This document shows, one piece after another, positions 62,101-64,000 of a stretch of DNA of 64,000 bases; within the stretch, counting starts at the first letter, position 1; each line of letters starts with the position of its first letter. The DNA comes from Trichoplax adhaerens. Taxonomy: Eukaryota > Animalia > Placozoa. Both the position numbers and the translations under genes were made by a program. The stretch covers positions 499,614 to 563,613 of the forward strand of contig NW_002060944.1 of NCBI RefSeq assembly GCF_000150275.1, read 5' to 3'. The notes below the pieces were generated by a model that had not been told where the DNA came from, did not search any database, and saw nothing but the letters and a program-made list of their open reading frames with translations.

Positions 62101-64000
62101 TACATTATTATTATTCAGTTTTAGCATGCTTAGAGTACTGGAATAGACATTATGCATTATTAACATTTCACTTTAGTATACTTAGAGTACTGGAATAGAA
62201 CTAAGATAAGCATATCACAGAATTTCTTATATACCATTTAGCATCAAGTAGTGCCTGGGATAGTTCATGAAGCAGTAATCCTGTTCTTTTATGTTCAATC
62301 ATAGTCTATTAATCATAATAGATATACAAATAAGGCTTAAAATTGTACATAATATAATAGCTTCTGATTATAAAATCGATTCTATCGATAAGCCCACTAC
62401 CAAAAGAAACGATTATCTATCCGGATTGTTACCATTAATGCGTTACATCTCCAATTATCTTTAGAGCTCTTTTTTAAATGCCTTTCGACACTTGGTCCTG
62501 GATCCAATAAAGAGTAATCATACACAACCTAGTAAAATGAAAAAGAAAGTTGCTAAGAAAATGCATTCGATGCGGGCATGATTGATGTGTTTAGTAGGTA
62601 TTTCTATTTCCCATCTTTATAGGTAAATTTCAATCAGATGATTTTATAGCATAGTATCCATTCTAAATTGAAACGAAATCATAACTACACGGATGAATTA
62701 TACAGGTTGTAGCCCAGGACTACATAATTATTCACAAATTTAAATAATCAATGTCAAATAGTGACTTAATTTGTGAATATAATATTGAGTAAGTGTAAAT
62801 TAAACATCGAGTCGTGTCTATCGCCAAAAATTATGTGCTAACACAGTATTATGCTCAACGAATCGTGCACAAATGTCTATAATTTTTATATCTCTTCGAT
62901 TGATTTAAAGTAGATTTTTTAAAAGAGATCATTTTGATAAAACTTTGAAATCTATTTCAGCAATTTTCTCTATTAAAAATAGAATTTCTATATGCTAACT
63001 CCATCGAAAAGTAATGCTAAGTGTCTATGGTGATACTTTAATTATCAAAATTTCAGTTACGTAATAGTTCTATTTCTAAAATAAACTTAGAGAAGAAGAA
63101 AATTATAGTCTGTTGATAAGATTTTAAGTCAATATATCGACTATGAATTAAAAGATACCAACCGTTTTATCCATACTTCCACTTGCACTCCTTGCAATAG
63201 ATAAATCCATTACAACCTAACCCCAAAAGGATAGTTAACATGGAACACAAATGTGGTAATACTAAGAGAAATCCTCTAAACGGTACAAAATTTCACCTTT
63301 GCAACCACTGGCAGTTTCTCTATCAAATTTTGCATGACAGAGTAACCTTTGCTATCAATTCTATTTAAAATTTCTCCACTCCTAATGAAATAAACCAATA
63401 ACATCATTAATAGCGAAAAAGAGTTTTCAATATTTAAAACGGTTTAAAAAAATTAAAGGGATTATGGCTGTTGGATCTTTAGAATAGCGGTTGACGCATT
63501 ATTCTACAATTTTGCTAGATAAAGCAATACACTACCTTTTATGCTTGACAATTAATAGCGCAGCTTCTTCATTTTCGCCTTCAATAGCGAGATCTAAGCA
63601 GGTTTTAGCTTCAATAGTAGCCAATGTTATATCGCTACCACTTTCAAGTAACATTTTTACGACAGCGCTCGATCCTTGACTGGCTGCTAAATGCAAAGGT
63701 GTTTCCTAAATAATATCAACAAGATTATAATTACTAATGATTCATCTTTTTAAGCATAGTAGCTGATTCTGGAAAGATACGATAGTTAAATTTTACGATA
63801 AGCATGATGTTAAAATTAAAGAAAGCTATTAGGAAATTTCGATCTTTTACAAGATAGAAATCAAGTATTGCGTAGCTCATTCTACAACTTTTTATCTTTT
63901 AAAGCTATTACCAAGCGAGAATTGATTCGATTTACATCAGCTCCATTTTGCAGCAGCAATTTTCCTACTTGTGCAAAACCTTTCGATGCAGCATATTCTA
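59115..64000 (-). CDS. TRPA1-like ankyrin-repeat TRP cation channel, 3' part (5' end outside the window)
   Basis: Ankyrin exons (ETPLHLAASQGSSAVVKMLL..., KTCLDLAIE), LLLHELSQALLDAKW, S1 FSNLILYLLFVGALT, S2 exon 61495-61403, SNYIEL, LTWCNLIVYLKRLPTFGIYVAM, pore MLGELDY, S6 MPIAAMNLMVGLAVGDIDKIERNAVLSRLKIQV, coiled-coil tail, stop at 59117-59115. Confidence 0.88.
61900..62200. repeat. Short diverged tandem duplications in a TRPA intron
   Basis: 'tggttaaaatcaac...attatcaa.atacgatattacatta' twice (~120 bp period); 'cttagagtactggaataga' twice (~62129, ~62181). Confidence 0.7.

Overview
Eukaryotic, AT-rich, intron-dense animal genomic DNA. Composition, short GT-AG introns and gene content suggest a placozoan (Trichoplax-like); this is inference, not verified. 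Spliced genes read by eye, left to right: METTL22 (+, intronless), SUZ12 (-, exon 1 lies beyond the assembly gap), a possible unidentified gene divergent from SUZ12 (+), USP22 (-), a DHRS7B-like unprocessed pseudogene (+), intact DHRS7B (+), TMEM11 (-), TOM1/TOM1L2 (+), AP5Z1 (-) and the 3' part of a TRPA1-like channel (-, truncated by the window end). Most ORFs in the supplied track are exon read-throughs, antisense shadows or repeat artefacts. Main observations: (1) USP22(-)/DHRS7B(+)/TMEM11(-) occur in the same order and orientation as on human 17p11.2; (2) a GTAC/TACTGTACAGTA-rich motif recurs at several gene 5' ends, including a duplicated CRE-containing module between TMEM11 and TOM1; (3) unrelated tandem arrays, some nested or with higher-order structure, sit next to most gene 5' ends. 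No rRNA, tRNA, CRISPR array or recognisable transposase was found.
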